Origin: Alphaproteobacteria bacterium
Lineage (GTDB): Bacteria; Pseudomonadota; Alphaproteobacteria; CALKHQ01
NCBI GenBank assembly: GCA_965227515.1
Contig: CBDDFZ010000002.1
Location: forward strand, 1,280,001 to 1,344,000
Direction: 5' to 3'
DNA length: 64,000 bases
Shown: positions 19,501 through 28,710 of the stretch, piece by piece
Numbering within the stretch: position 1 is the first letter of the stretch
How the letters are laid out: each line of letters opens with the position of its first letter
Program-made: the position numbers and the translations under genes
Notes under the pieces: model-generated
Told to the model about the DNA's origin: nothing
The model's database searches: none
The model's input: the letters and a program-made list of their open reading frames with translations, nothing else

Positions 19501-19935
19501 CATGAACACGGCCTCCATCGTCAGGCCGAAATAGGTGAGCAGCGAGAAGACGACGACCACCAGGCCGGCGAGCAGCAGCAGCCAGCCGAAGAAGCGCTTG
19601 CCGATGGGCTTGGCCTGCAGATAGGCGGGGTAGGCGCAATAGCCCAGGAAGACGGCGAAGCCGAGGTGGATGGTCCGCGCCTCGTGGTCGTTCAGCGTCC
19701 AGTTGCCGGGCAGAATGTCGGTGAAGATGAAGGGCAGGGGGGAGGCGAAGTAGATCTGGAACGCCGACCAGGCGAACGCGATGCAGGCCAGCAACAGACC
19801 GATGCTGCCGGTCGGGCTGCGCGCGCCGGTGTCCGACTGCGCAACCATCTCTTGCAGCTTGTCCTGGTCGACCCCGGCCGCCTGGGCGTCTGGCGCGCCT
19901 GCGGGCACATCCCGATCGTCGGTTGATGCCGCCAT
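16597..19935 (-). CDS. TAXI-TRAP fused permease (4TM/12TM) with C-terminal DUF3394-like domain
   Basis: GGPAKAAV, SGSSIANVVTTG, GQIMPPVMGAAAF, GMGLPTTANY and ADVTPPVGLA motifs. Confidence 0.93.
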   Translation of the reverse strand: MAASTDDRDVPAGAPDAQAAGVDQDKLQEMVAQSDTGARSPTGSIGLLLACIAFAWSAFQIYFASPLPFIFTDILPGNWTLNDHEARTIHLGFAVFLGYCAYPAYLQAKPIGKRFFGWLLLLAGLVVVVFSLLTYFGLTMEAVFMGMGIQETADPAVIEEALAQAGTMVSEAGAGGGILPWIAGLLGFLALLSVNPIVSGRIPGMRGSTQWIVGIVGLALIAYYLVGISSLRDDLTGFLDIDDRGIRAHVAISAGAAALLLLAIPMFGPVTRTKITWPDWFIAFIAAFCASYLYWFYESVTAAAGRPSDLSMVVAVVGMGMLLEATRRTLGPPLMIVALVFLCYTFLGQYMPDVIATAPRSLARTMEHQWLTQEGTFGVALGVSTKMVFLFVLFGAMLEKAGAGNYFIQVAFSLLGHLRGGPAKAAVVASGMTGLISGSSIANVVTTGTFTIPLMKRVGFRADKAGAVEVASSVNGQIMPPVMGAAAFLIAEYVGIAYFDVVKHAFLPAVISYIALVYIVHLEAMKADMQGLPKPGKQLAAKWALLSFGITVASIFIVAGALYYLWLSFEWLSDNGLALIGILAVIALQVVLYFGVRSRTTPDQRLHFISTGAIVACNIVIGAYGLFLLIGLIDEVFGTAWGMLPILVLIAAAYVGLLWISSKNPPLKMEDPDAEIVALPEVGPTVRSGLYFLLPVVVLIWCLMVERLSPGLSAFWAVVLMLVILVTQRPLLAVMRNSGALGAAFGEGMRDLWEGMVTGARNMIGIGIATATAGIIVGTVSLTGIGQVMAQFVEVLSMGSLILMLLWVAVLSLILGMGLPTTANYIVVSSLMAPVVVALGAENGLVVPLIAVHMFVFYFGIMADVTPPVGLASFAAAAISGADPIRTGFTAFAYSLRTAALPFIFIFNTQLLMIGVEDTIDLILVVVSSTIAMLVFAAATQGWFLAKNKIWEAVALLLVAFTLLRPGFWMDMIQEPLEQAPASELFERAEAAPDGADIRMVAEGLTIDGDFVTITAMLPLGEAGAGGMERLSATGAQFMAMGDMVQATFVQPETPAFAAGLDSGFEILHLEVEADRPPKELFFIPAFVLLALVIWVQRRRRGEQLRTATAQA

Positions 19936-20088
19936 GTTCGGCCTCCCGCTATCCGTGTGGCGCCGAACGCGCCACCGGTACCCCAATGATCGATGCGAAA
20001 CGGTGCGCCCGGTCGTCGATGGCGGGCGCGGCAGGAAAGGTCGGGCGGCGCGACTCCGGTTGAACCGGGCCCGCGCCGCCCGCTCGGC

Positions 20089-21054
20089 CTACATCAGGCC
20101 AGCTTCTTCGTAATAGCGGATCGCACCGTCATGCAGCGGGGCCGACAGGCCGAAGCTCACCATTTCTTCCTTCTGCAACGTGCCGAAGGCCGGGTGCAGG
20201 CGCTTGAAGTCCTCGAAATTGTCGAAGACGGCCTGAACGACCGTGTAGACCACGTCGTCGGCCAGCGCGGTCGAGCTGACGAAAGTCGCCTTCACGCCGA
20301 AGGTGGCGACGTCGTCGTCATTGCCCGGATACATGCCGCCGGGAATGGTGGCGGTGGCGTAGTACGGGTTGTCGGCGATCAGCTGGTCGATGGCCTCACC
20401 GGTCACCGGCACCAGCACGGTCTCGCACGACGAGGTCGCTTCCTGGATCGAGCCGGACGGGTGGCCGACGGTGAAGACGATGGCGTCGACATTGTTGTCG
20501 CACAGCGCGGCCGCCTGCTCCGACGACACCAGTTCGGACACCAGCGAGAAGTCGTCCATGGTCCAGCCCAAGGCGCCCATCACCACTTCCATGGTGCCGC
20601 GCTGGCCAGAGCCCGGGTTGCCGACATTGACGCGCTTGCCGAGCAGGTCCTCGAAGGTGGCGATGCCGGCATCGGCCCGCGCCAGCACGGTGAACGGCTC
20701 GGAGTGGACCGAGAACACCGCCCGCAGGTCGGGGTTGGCGGTCTCGAAGTTCTCGTGGCTGCCGTGATAGGCGTGGTACTGCCAGTCGGACTGGGCAACC
20801 GCGAGATCGAGCTCGCCGCCGGCGATGGCGTTCAGGTTGAACACCGAACCGCCCGTGCTTTCCACCGAGCAGCGGATGCCGTGCTCGGAACGGCCGGCGT
20901 TGACCAGACGGCAGATCGCGCCGCCGGTCGGATAGTAGACACCGGTGACACCGCCGGTGCCGATGGTGACGAACTGCTCCTGGGCCGCGGCCCCGGTGGC
21001 ACCGGCAATCGCCAGCGCGGCGCCGGCCAGTGCAAAACTCTTGATGAAACTCAT
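20089..21054 (-). CDS. TAXI family TRAP solute-binding protein
   Basis: TIGTGGVTGVYYPTGGAIC, ESTGGSVFN, GNPGSGQR and PLHDGA motifs. Confidence 0.95.
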   Translation of the reverse strand: MSFIKSFALAGAALAIAGATGAAAQEQFVTIGTGGVTGVYYPTGGAICRLVNAGRSEHGIRCSVESTGGSVFNLNAIAGGELDLAVAQSDWQYHAYHGSHENFETANPDLRAVFSVHSEPFTVLARADAGIATFEDLLGKRVNVGNPGSGQRGTMEVVMGALGWTMDDFSLVSELVSSEQAAALCDNNVDAIVFTVGHPSGSIQEATSSCETVLVPVTGEAIDQLIADNPYYATATIPGGMYPGNDDDVATFGVKATFVSSTALADDVVYTVVQAVFDNFEDFKRLHPAFGTLQKEEMVSFGLSAPLHDGAIRYYEEAGLM

Positions 21055-21132
21055 ATGCGTCCTCTCCTCTACTCTTCTGTCGTTATCCCAATCCGCTGAA
21101 TGACGCTGCGGCCGGCGGCTCGTAACAGATCG

Positions 21133-21978
21133 TCAAGCCATCATGCGGCGCGCCGCATCAGCATCGCCGATCGGGCGGCCCAGGGCATCGGCCCCGCTCC
21201 GGACCTGTGCGACCAACGCCGCATTGTCGGCGGCCGTCGTTCCATCGCGCAGTAAGGTATTGTTCTCAAACCCTACCCGACTATGCCCACCCAACGCCGC
21301 CGCCGTCAACGCGCAGGCGTTTTCCGTCGCGCCGAACGCGCATACGAACCACGGCAGCGCGAGGTCCAGGGTTTGCCACGCCGCCAGAAACGGCAGCAGG
21401 TCGGCGGGCGCGGACTGCTGGCCGGCGGTATAGCGGCCGAGCACGAAAAGCACGCTGGCCGGCGTGGACGGCACCACCTCGCGCGCAACCAGGTCGCCGA
21501 ACCGCGCGACATCTTCAGGGCTGTAGAGGATGTACTGCGGCAGCGTGCCATCGGTGACGGTATCGGCCAGGAACCGTGCCGCCTCGGCCTCGTCGTCCGG
21601 CCCCGGCACCAGTTCGCGCACCGCCAGCGAGACCGCATCCGGCCGCACCGCCCGCACGACAGCCATCTGTTCGGCCGGCGTGTAGCGCCCCACCGCCTCG
21701 CTGGTGATCTGGATCAGCAGGCGGTCGCCGACCTCGGCCTCGACCTTGGAAATGGCATCCAGGTACAGGTCGGCATCCAGCACATGGCCGCCACGCCGGT
21801 CGCGCACATGCAGGTGCAGCATGGCGGCACCCGCATCGGCGCATTCGGCCGCGCAGCGCGCCATGTCCTCGTTGTTCACCGGCACCGCCGGGTGGTCTGC
21901 CTTGGTCTTGCGCGCGCCGTTCGGTGCGACCGCGACGATCAGCGGCGTCCAGTCCGGACCTGCCGCCAAATCGCTCAT
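21133..21978 (-). CDS. Beta-keto acid cleavage enzyme (BKACE/DUF849, 3-keto-5-aminohexanoate cleavage family)
   Basis: VAPNGA..TKADHP, AGAAMLHLHVRD and GGHSRVGFENN motifs; 4-bp overlap with the aminotransferase. Confidence 0.88.
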   Translation of the reverse strand: MSDLAAGPDWTPLIVAVAPNGARKTKADHPAVPVNNEDMARCAAECADAGAAMLHLHVRDRRGGHVLDADLYLDAISKVEAEVGDRLLIQITSEAVGRYTPAEQMAVVRAVRPDAVSLAVRELVPGPDDEAEAARFLADTVTDGTLPQYILYSPEDVARFGDLVAREVVPSTPASVLFVLGRYTAGQQSAPADLLPFLAAWQTLDLALPWFVCAFGATENACALTAAALGGHSRVGFENNTLLRDGTTAADNAALVAQVRSGADALGRPIGDADAARRMMA

Positions 21979-23363
21979 TCGGCGGCAGCGACCGAGGCGC
22001 CGACCTCGTCCAAGCCGGTGCGGATGGCTTCGGCGACACCGTCGGCGATGGTGTCGATGTCGGCCGCCGTGACGATGAAGGGCGGGGCGATCAGGACGTG
22101 GTCGCCGCGTTGGCCGTCGATAGTGCCGCCCATCGGATAGATCATCAGCCCGTTGTCCATGGCCGCCCGCTTGATCTTGGCGTGCAATTTCAGTGCCGGG
22201 TCGAACGGGGCCTTGGTCTCGCGGTCGGCCACCAGTTCGACGCCGCGGAACAGGCCGCGCCCGCGAATGTCGCCGACATGGGGGTTCTGGCCCAGACGCT
22301 CGCTCAAGCCGTCCTGCAGCCGCGCGCCCATGGCGCGCACGTTGTCCAGCAGGTTGTCGCGCTCGATCACCTGCTGCACCGCCAGCGCGGCGGCACACGC
22401 GGTGGGGTGGCCCATATAGGTGTGACCGTGCTGGAAGAATCCGCTGCCGGCCGCGATCGCATCGAAGATGTGACGGCCGACCATGACCGCGCCGATCGGC
22501 TGGTAGCCGGCGCCGAGCCCCTTGGCGATGGTCAGCAGGTCGGGGCGCACGCCGTCCTCGGCGCAGGCGAACAGATGCCCGGTGCGGCCCATGCCGCACA
22601 TCACCTCGTCCAGGATCAACAGCACGCCGTGCCGGTCGCAGATCTCGCGCACCCGGCGCAGATAGTCGGCCTCGGCCGGCACCGCGCCGGCGGTCGCGCC
22701 GACCACGGGCTCGGCCACGAATGCCATCACGTTTTCCGGCCCCAGCCGCTCGATCTCGGCTTCCACCAGGCCGGCGGCGCGGGCGGCATAGTCCTCCAGC
22801 GATTCGTCGGGCCGCTTCAGGCGATAGGCGTAGCAGGGGTCTACGTGGTGGGTGTCGATCAGCAAGGGCGCGAACGGCGTGCGCCGCCATTGGTTGCCGC
22901 CGGCCGCCAGTGCGCCCAGGGTGTTGCCGTGATAGCTCTGCTGGCGCGCGACGATGTGGCGGCGCTGCGGCTGGCCGGTCTCCAGATAGTACTGGCGCGC
23001 CAGCTTCAGCGCAGCCTCCACCGCTTCCGAACCGCCGGAGACGAAATAGACCCGGTCCAGCGCGCGCGGGTCGTCGGCGCTGTAGTCAGGCGAGCGCGCG
23101 ACCAAATGGTCGGCCAGGTCCTCCATCGGCTGGTTGGTGAAGAACCCCGTATGGGCATAGGGCAGGGCGTCGAGCTGGGCCTTGATCGCCGCGATCACGT
23201 CCGGGTGGGAATGGCCGAGGCACGAGACCGCCGCCCCGCCGGAGGCGTCGAGGTAGCGCTTGCCGCCGCTGTCGACGATGTGGATGCCGTCGCCCTGCGC
23301 CGCGACCGGCAGGCGCATGGCCGTGTGGCGGTGAAAAACGTGGCCGGAGGTGCTTGCGCTCAT
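21975..23363 (-). CDS. Class III PLP-dependent aminotransferase
   Basis: YLDASGGAAVSCLGH, SGGSEAVE, SYHGNT, EPVVG, DEVMCGMGRTG, IAKGLG and HGHTY motifs. Confidence 0.93.
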   Translation of the reverse strand: MSASTSGHVFHRHTAMRLPVAAQGDGIHIVDSGGKRYLDASGGAAVSCLGHSHPDVIAAIKAQLDALPYAHTGFFTNQPMEDLADHLVARSPDYSADDPRALDRVYFVSGGSEAVEAALKLARQYYLETGQPQRRHIVARQQSYHGNTLGALAAGGNQWRRTPFAPLLIDTHHVDPCYAYRLKRPDESLEDYAARAAGLVEAEIERLGPENVMAFVAEPVVGATAGAVPAEADYLRRVREICDRHGVLLILDEVMCGMGRTGHLFACAEDGVRPDLLTIAKGLGAGYQPIGAVMVGRHIFDAIAAGSGFFQHGHTYMGHPTACAAALAVQQVIERDNLLDNVRAMGARLQDGLSERLGQNPHVGDIRGRGLFRGVELVADRETKAPFDPALKLHAKIKRAAMDNGLMIYPMGGTIDGQRGDHVLIAPPFIVTAADIDTIADGVAEAIRTGLDEVGASVAAAE

Positions 23364-23505
23364 GGAAAATTCCCGTGCGGCAGGTTAGATGAACGTCGGT
23401 ACCAATCTTTTGCGCGCCCTCGGGCAAATCATCAAGCCGTTCGGAGATTGTCGCCTGCGTCGGCAGGCCACGGGCCAGAACGCGGAACGACGACGGAGTG
23501 CAGGC

Positions 23506-24021
23506 GTGGACCTGAAGGCACATATCCGCACCATTCCGGATTTCCCGAAGCCGGGCATCCAGTTCTATGACATTTCGACCTTGCTGGCCGACGGCCCGGC
23601 GTGGCGTGCGGCGGTAGACCGCATGGCCGAGATGATTGGCCCCTACAAGCCCGACATGCTGGCCGGCATCGAATCCCGCGGCTTCCTGGTCGCGGCCCCG
23701 CTGGCGCTGGCGCTCGGCTGCGGTTTCATGATGGTGCGCAAGAAGGGCAAGCTGCCGGGCGGCATCGTGGAGCACGACTACGACCTGGAATACGGCACCG
23801 ACACCATCGAGGTGCAGCAGGACGCTCTGGCCAAGGGCCGACGGGTGGTGGTGCTGGACGACCTGATCGCCACCGGCGGCACCCTGGCCGCCTCGGTCCA
23901 CCTGCTCGACAAGATCGGCGGCGACGTGGTGGCGGCGGCCACCATCATGGAGCTGAGCTTCCTGAAGGGACGCGACAGCCTGGGCGTGCCGTTCCACAGC
24001 CTGGTGGTCTACGACGAGTGA
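23506..24021 (+). CDS. apt: Adenine phosphoribosyltransferase
   Basis: [37 protein letters not shown] and [11 protein letters not shown] motifs. Confidence 0.97.
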   Translation: MDLKAHIRTIPDFPKPGIQFYDISTLLADGPAWRAAVDRMAEMIGPYKPDMLAGIESRGFLVAAPLALALGCGFMMVRKKGKLPGGIVEHDYDLEYGTDTIEVQQDALAKGRRVVVLDDLIATGGTLAASVHLLDKIGGDVVAAATIMELSFLKGRDSLGVPFHSLVVYDE

Positions 24022-24071
24022 GGTTGCGCGCCTTGGTTTGGGTTTGGCGCGCAGCTCGATCCGATAGAGAC

Positions 24072-24102
24072 CGTCGCCCTCGCGCTTGTCGCGAGGGTCC
24101 AT
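24072..24102. repeat. CGTC-type REP-like hairpin (half element)
   Basis: CGTCGCCCTCGCGCTTGTCGCGAGGGTCCAT between convergent genes. Confidence 0.55.
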
Positions 24103-24317
24103 TTGCGGGGCGGTAAGAACCGGTCGGATTGGCAACGGGAAGCGTTGGCCCATCGGGATCCAGCGCCTGCCACCTTGCCTGGCGATTCAGATTAACTTGT
24201 TGGAATATTGGATTAAAATGGGTCCTCGCCACAAGGGCGAGGACGACAAGATTGGGTGTGAAAAACGCCCCCGGCACGAGGCCGAGGGCGTTAACTGCCA
24301 GGTACGGATCGCGCGCG

Positions 24318-27300
24318 TTACAGCAGGCGGTCCATGTCCTCCAGGGCGTCGGCCAGCGATTCCAAAGTGTCCTCGCTGAATGCCTGCACCAGCGCATTGA
24401 TGGTGACGGGCGCGTTGGCGATGCCGTCCGGGAACAGCTCGATCTGGCTGATCGCGTTGTCGTCATCGTAGTCGTAGTTGGCGATCAGGCCGGTCGCGAT
24501 GACCGGTCCGGTCAGCATGGTCGCCAGATGCACTGCCGTCTTCTGGCCGAGATCCAGGAACCCGTCGCTTTGGGCGTTCACCGCCCACTTGGCGCCGAAG
24601 CGCGTCACCCGGGCCAGCTCGGCATGGGTCAGGCGGCCGTCGCCGGTGATATCGGCGAAGCCCCAGAACACATCGACGCACTGCTGCTCGCTGCCGGCGA
24701 CGCAGACGTCGGCCAGTTCGCTCACCAGCTCGCCGAAGCGCGCGGCGGGCTCGTCGAACATGTGGCTCTCCACCGACGCACCGCCGACGCCGACCGGCCC
24801 CACCGGACCTTCGTCGCACGGTGTCAGCAGCTCGACCTCGGGATCCCGGCCCTCGGATGTTGCCGTCACCTCCAGCACCGAGCCGCCGTCGACCCAGACC
24901 AGGTCCACGATCGCCGGGTTGCCGTCGTCGTCATTCGTATCGAAGGTGACGCCGTCCTCGGTCTCGTACATCGAGAGGTAGATCATCTCGGCAATGAACT
25001 CGCCGCCGTCGATCACTTCCAGACGGTCGCTGTAGAACGTGATCTGCAGCTCGTCCGCGCCGCACGGCCCCATGGCATAGCTGCCCTGATAGGCATCCGG
25101 CAGCCGGTCCAGCGGATTGCCGATCGGCAGCGGGTCGATGATGTCGCCATCGCTGCAAGGTGTCAGCACATCGGCATCGACGTCGCCACCGCCTTCAGGT
25201 TGGAACGCGACTTCCAGGCCGTTCGGGCCCCACACCATGTCGATTGTGCCGGGGCCTTCGGAGCTTTCCGAGTGCATGGTGATGCCGTCCTCGGTCTGCT
25301 GGATCTCGCTCAACTCGATCTCTGCGACCAGCTCAGCGAACTGGTACACTTCGATGAAGGTGCCGTTGATCATCACCTCGACGTCGGCACTCTCGCACGA
25401 CCCCATGGCATAGGCGCCCTGGAACGCGTCCGGCACCATGTCCAGGAACTCGCCGGTCGGGTTGACCACAGCCTCGCTGCAAGGTGTCAGCTCGACGACT
25501 GCCGGGCGCTGATCGTCCAGGCTCTCCCACATGGTCGCTTCCAGCAGGCCGTCCACCCAGGCGAGCTGCATGCGGCCAATCTCGCCCTCGACAGTGACCT
25601 CGATCATCAAGACGCCGTTCTCGTCGGCCTCGATGGTGTTGAAGTCGATCAGCGTGTCGATGGCGCCGCGCTCGATCACTTCGATCCGGTCGGCAAAGAA
25701 CTCGATGAACTCATCGTCGCCGCACGGCCCGATGGCGTAGATGCCCTGGAAGTCGGTCGGCAAGCTTTCGAGCACCGCCAGCGACTGGATCGGACCGTCG
25801 GTCGGACCGTCCCCGCACCTTGTGAGGTCGATGGTCTGCGGGCTGCTATCGTTCGCGCCCTCCCAAATGGTTGCGGTCAGCACGTCGCCGCTCCAGGCAA
25901 ACGCGATCTGGCCGAATTCGTTCTCATCGAACACGACGTCGATCAGCACGCCGTTGTCGGTCGGCCAGATGGTCTCGAACTCGACCGACTCTTCCAGTGC
26001 GCCGTTCTCGATCACCTCGATGCCGGCTGTGGAGATCTGAACGACAACGTCGTCCTGCCCACATGGGCCGATCGAATATGAACCGGCGTACTCGGCCGGC
26101 AGTTGCGGCAATGGCTGCGGAGACATCGCCGGGCCGTCGGTGCACCGCACCAGTTCCACGCTCTGCGGGCTGTTGTCGTTCTCGCCCTCCCAGATCGTGA
26201 TGCGCAGCACGTCGCCGACCCAGGTGAACTCCATCAGGCCGGGCTCGTCGCCATCCAGCAGCACATCGGCGGTCACGGCGAGATCGGCCGGATAGACGGT
26301 CAGGATCTCGACGTACTCCTCCAGCTCACCGCCTTCGATGACCTCTATGCTGTTGGGGTAGATGTCGACCACCAGGTCGCCCTCGCCGCAGGTCCCGATG
26401 GCGTAGCTTCCGACATAGCTCGCCGGCAGTTCGGGCATCGTCGGCACTTCCGGAACGTCGGTCGGGCCCTCGTCGCAATTGGTCAGGTCGAACACCTGCG
26501 GGTTCTGGTCGTTGGCGCCTTCCCAGACCGTCAACTGCACATCCTGCCCCACGGGCATGAATTGCATCTGGCCAGCATCGCCATCGCCGAACAGGATGTC
26601 GGCCATCACCGTGCCGTTGGCCTCGCTCAGGCCGACGAAGGTGATGGACTCGTCCACGCCTTCGGAGGAGAGCACCTCCATCATGTCGCCGTAGATGACG
26701 ACGCCGTACTCGCTGCTCTCGCAAGCGCCGATCGCATACATGCCGATCAGGTCGTCCGGCATGGCGGTCAGCGCCAGGTCCGGCGGCGGATTGACCGGGC
26801 CGTCATCGCAGGGGATCAGGGTTTCGACATCGGGCCCGACACCAGAGGCATCGTAGAAGCCCGTCTCAATGCCGCCATTGGCCAGCAAGCGCATTTCCAG
26901 GGTGCCGGCGTCGGGACCAAAGGCCAGGTCGACGGCGATGCCGTCGCCAAGGTCGGTCACGCTCAACACGTCAGCGACGACCACAAGCTCGCCGCCCTCG
27001 CTGATCTCCAGGCTGTTGCCGAAAATCTCGATCTGCTGGTCGCCCGATGCGTCGCTGAAGCAGGCACCGACCGCATAGTGGCCCTGGAACTCGACCGGAA
27101 TGCTGCCCAGGTCGCCTGGATCCTGCTGCTGGCCGAAGCCGCACAGATAAAGCAGTTCCGGCGGATCCTGGCTGCCGTCGGTGTCGACGCGGATGCCCTC
27201 GAGGGTGCTTTCGTCGACATGGCTCAGCAGCAGGGTCAGCGGGTCGCCGTCCAGGTTGGCAACAAGCTGGATGCCGGTCGGCGTCTCATACACCTCGCTG

Positions 27301-28493
27301 ACGGCGGCGATGGCCAGTTCGGCGCCGGTGACGGGGTCGAGCAGGACAAGCTGGTTGGCCTCGAAGCGCACCAGGTCGGTCGCGGCCTCGCAGGAACCCA
27401 ATGCCCACTCGCCATGGAAATTCGCTGGAATGCCCGGCAGCGAAGCCTGTACCGGCACGGACGCGTCGCAGCGATAGAGTGACTCCGGCGGCTCGGCCTG
27501 GCCGTCGATGACCGCGACGATGCTGAGCTCGTCTTCGCTGACGATGTTGATCAGCACATCCATCGGCGTGCCGTCGAGATCGAGCGACACCACGTAACCG
27601 TCGGCGGTCGCGGCGATGTTGTACAGGTCCGCATCGACCACCACGGCGCCGTTGTCGGCAGCCTCGACGTAGAGGTGGGTGCCGGTCAGTTCGGCGAATA
27701 CCTGCGGTGCCTCGCAGCTGCCGCTGACGTAGTCGCCGGTGATGTTGCCGGGCAGCGATGCCAGGGCATCGACGCTTGGGCCGTCCACCGCCGGCCCCTC
27801 GCAGGCCTCGACCACTTCCGCCGGCTCGGCATTGCCGCTGGCGTCGATGAAGATGACCTCCACACCGCCGGCGACCAGCCGCAGCTCGATGGTGGCGTCG
27901 TTGCCTTCGAAATCGACCAGCAGGCGCTGGCCGTCCATCATGCCCTCGATGCCCAGGATCGACGCCGTGGCGACGACCTGATTGTTGGCGGGGTCGATGA
28001 CTTCCAGGGCGTTGGGGCCGATGTCGACCAACTGCTCGGGCGCGGCGCACGAGCCGAGCGCGAACAGGCCGTTGAACACATCGTCCAGAGGCTCGGTCGG
28101 CAGGTCCGACGGGCCGGCCGCAGAACACAGCGTCAGGGCCTGCGGCGCCTCCGGCGAGCCGCCGTCCGGCGTGTAGAAGATTTCGACATCCCCGCCGGAG
28201 ATCGGCGCGATCTCCATCACGCCGCGCTCGGTCCCGTCGATGACGACGTTCAGCACCACGCCGTCGGCGGCCGGGGTCGCCGACGTCACCTCGACGATGG
28301 TGATGATGTTGTCCGGGCTGCCGTCGTAGATGGTCATCGTGTCTGATTCGATCAGCACGCTGGCATCCGGGGCGCCGCAGGAGCCGATGGCGTAATCGCC
28401 CTGGAACGACAACGGCACGGCGTCTTGCGCCCATGCCGGCAGCGCTCCCGCCATCAGCAATAGTCCGCCCGCGAGCGTTTTGAATGCAGTCAC
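24318..28493 (-). CDS. Large secreted acidic protein: 11 tandem ~110-aa Cys-bracketed beta-rich repeats plus C-terminal EF-hand-like motifs
   Basis: Signal peptide (ALPAWA|Q); repeated P..(F/Y).G.(Y/W/F)..G.C ... L..C; ADITGDGRLTHAE and YDYDDDNAISQIE near the C-terminus; GGAGG-type RBS region upstream of a GTG start. Confidence 0.85.
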   Translation of the reverse strand: MTAFKTLAGGLLLMAGALPAWAQDAVPLSFQGDYAIGSCGAPDASVLIESDTMTIYDGSPDNIITIVEVTSATPAADGVVLNVVIDGTERGVMEIAPISGGDVEIFYTPDGGSPEAPQALTLCSAAGPSDLPTEPLDDVFNGLFALGSCAAPEQLVDIGPNALEVIDPANNQVVATASILGIEGMMDGQRLLVDFEGNDATIELRLVAGGVEVIFIDASGNAEPAEVVEACEGPAVDGPSVDALASLPGNITGDYVSGSCEAPQVFAELTGTHLYVEAADNGAVVVDADLYNIAATADGYVVSLDLDGTPMDVLINIVSEDELSIVAVIDGQAEPPESLYRCDASVPVQASLPGIPANFHGEWALGSCEAATDLVRFEANQLVLLDPVTGAELAIAAVSEVYETPTGIQLVANLDGDPLTLLLSHVDESTLEGIRVDTDGSQDPPELLYLCGFGQQQDPGDLGSIPVEFQGHYAVGACFSDASGDQQIEIFGNSLEISEGGELVVVADVLSVTDLGDGIAVDLAFGPDAGTLEMRLLANGGIETGFYDASGVGPDVETLIPCDDGPVNPPPDLALTAMPDDLIGMYAIGACESSEYGVVIYGDMMEVLSSEGVDESITFVGLSEANGTVMADILFGDGDAGQMQFMPVGQDVQLTVWEGANDQNPQVFDLTNCDEGPTDVPEVPTMPELPASYVGSYAIGTCGEGDLVVDIYPNSIEVIEGGELEEYVEILTVYPADLAVTADVLLDGDEPGLMEFTWVGDVLRITIWEGENDNSPQSVELVRCTDGPAMSPQPLPQLPAEYAGSYSIGPCGQDDVVVQISTAGIEVIENGALEESVEFETIWPTDNGVLIDVVFDENEFGQIAFAWSGDVLTATIWEGANDSSPQTIDLTRCGDGPTDGPIQSLAVLESLPTDFQGIYAIGPCGDDEFIEFFADRIEVIERGAIDTLIDFNTIEADENGVLMIEVTVEGEIGRMQLAWVDGLLEATMWESLDDQRPAVVELTPCSEAVVNPTGEFLDMVPDAFQGAYAMGSCESADVEVMINGTFIEVYQFAELVAEIELSEIQQTEDGITMHSESSEGPGTIDMVWGPNGLEVAFQPEGGGDVDADVLTPCSDGDIIDPLPIGNPLDRLPDAYQGSYAMGPCGADELQITFYSDRLEVIDGGEFIAEMIYLSMYETEDGVTFDTNDDDGNPAIVDLVWVDGGSVLEVTATSEGRDPEVELLTPCDEGPVGPVGVGGASVESHMFDEPAARFGELVSELADVCVAGSEQQCVDVFWGFADITGDGRLTHAELARVTRFGAKWAVNAQSDGFLDLGQKTAVHLATMLTGPVIATGLIANYDYDDDNAISQIELFPDGIANAPVTINALVQAFSEDTLESLADALEDMDRLL

Positions 28494-28710
28494 CTCTACC
28501 TCCCAGACAGACCCTGTCGACGTTCCCTGTTGGCGCGATTAGACCACAGCGCCGGCGCCATCGACAACCGTGCAAGTCCTCGAAAGTCTTTGCCAATTGT
28601 GACGAAGTGACGGCTGTTCACGCGCAACGCTGGCCGCTATATCGGTGCGACCTCGGCACCGGTTGCGCGCTATTGGGTGCGACCCCGCGTTGCCGTCCAT
28701 GATTGGAGTG

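Noticed and set aside
21133-22890. 585-aa ORF suggesting a BKACE fusion
   Set aside because: The N-terminal 300 aa overlap the aminotransferase in another frame; the real start is the coupled ATG at 21978.
24129-27482. 650-aa and 459-aa plus-strand ORFs
   Set aside because: Antisense shadows of the large repeat protein.
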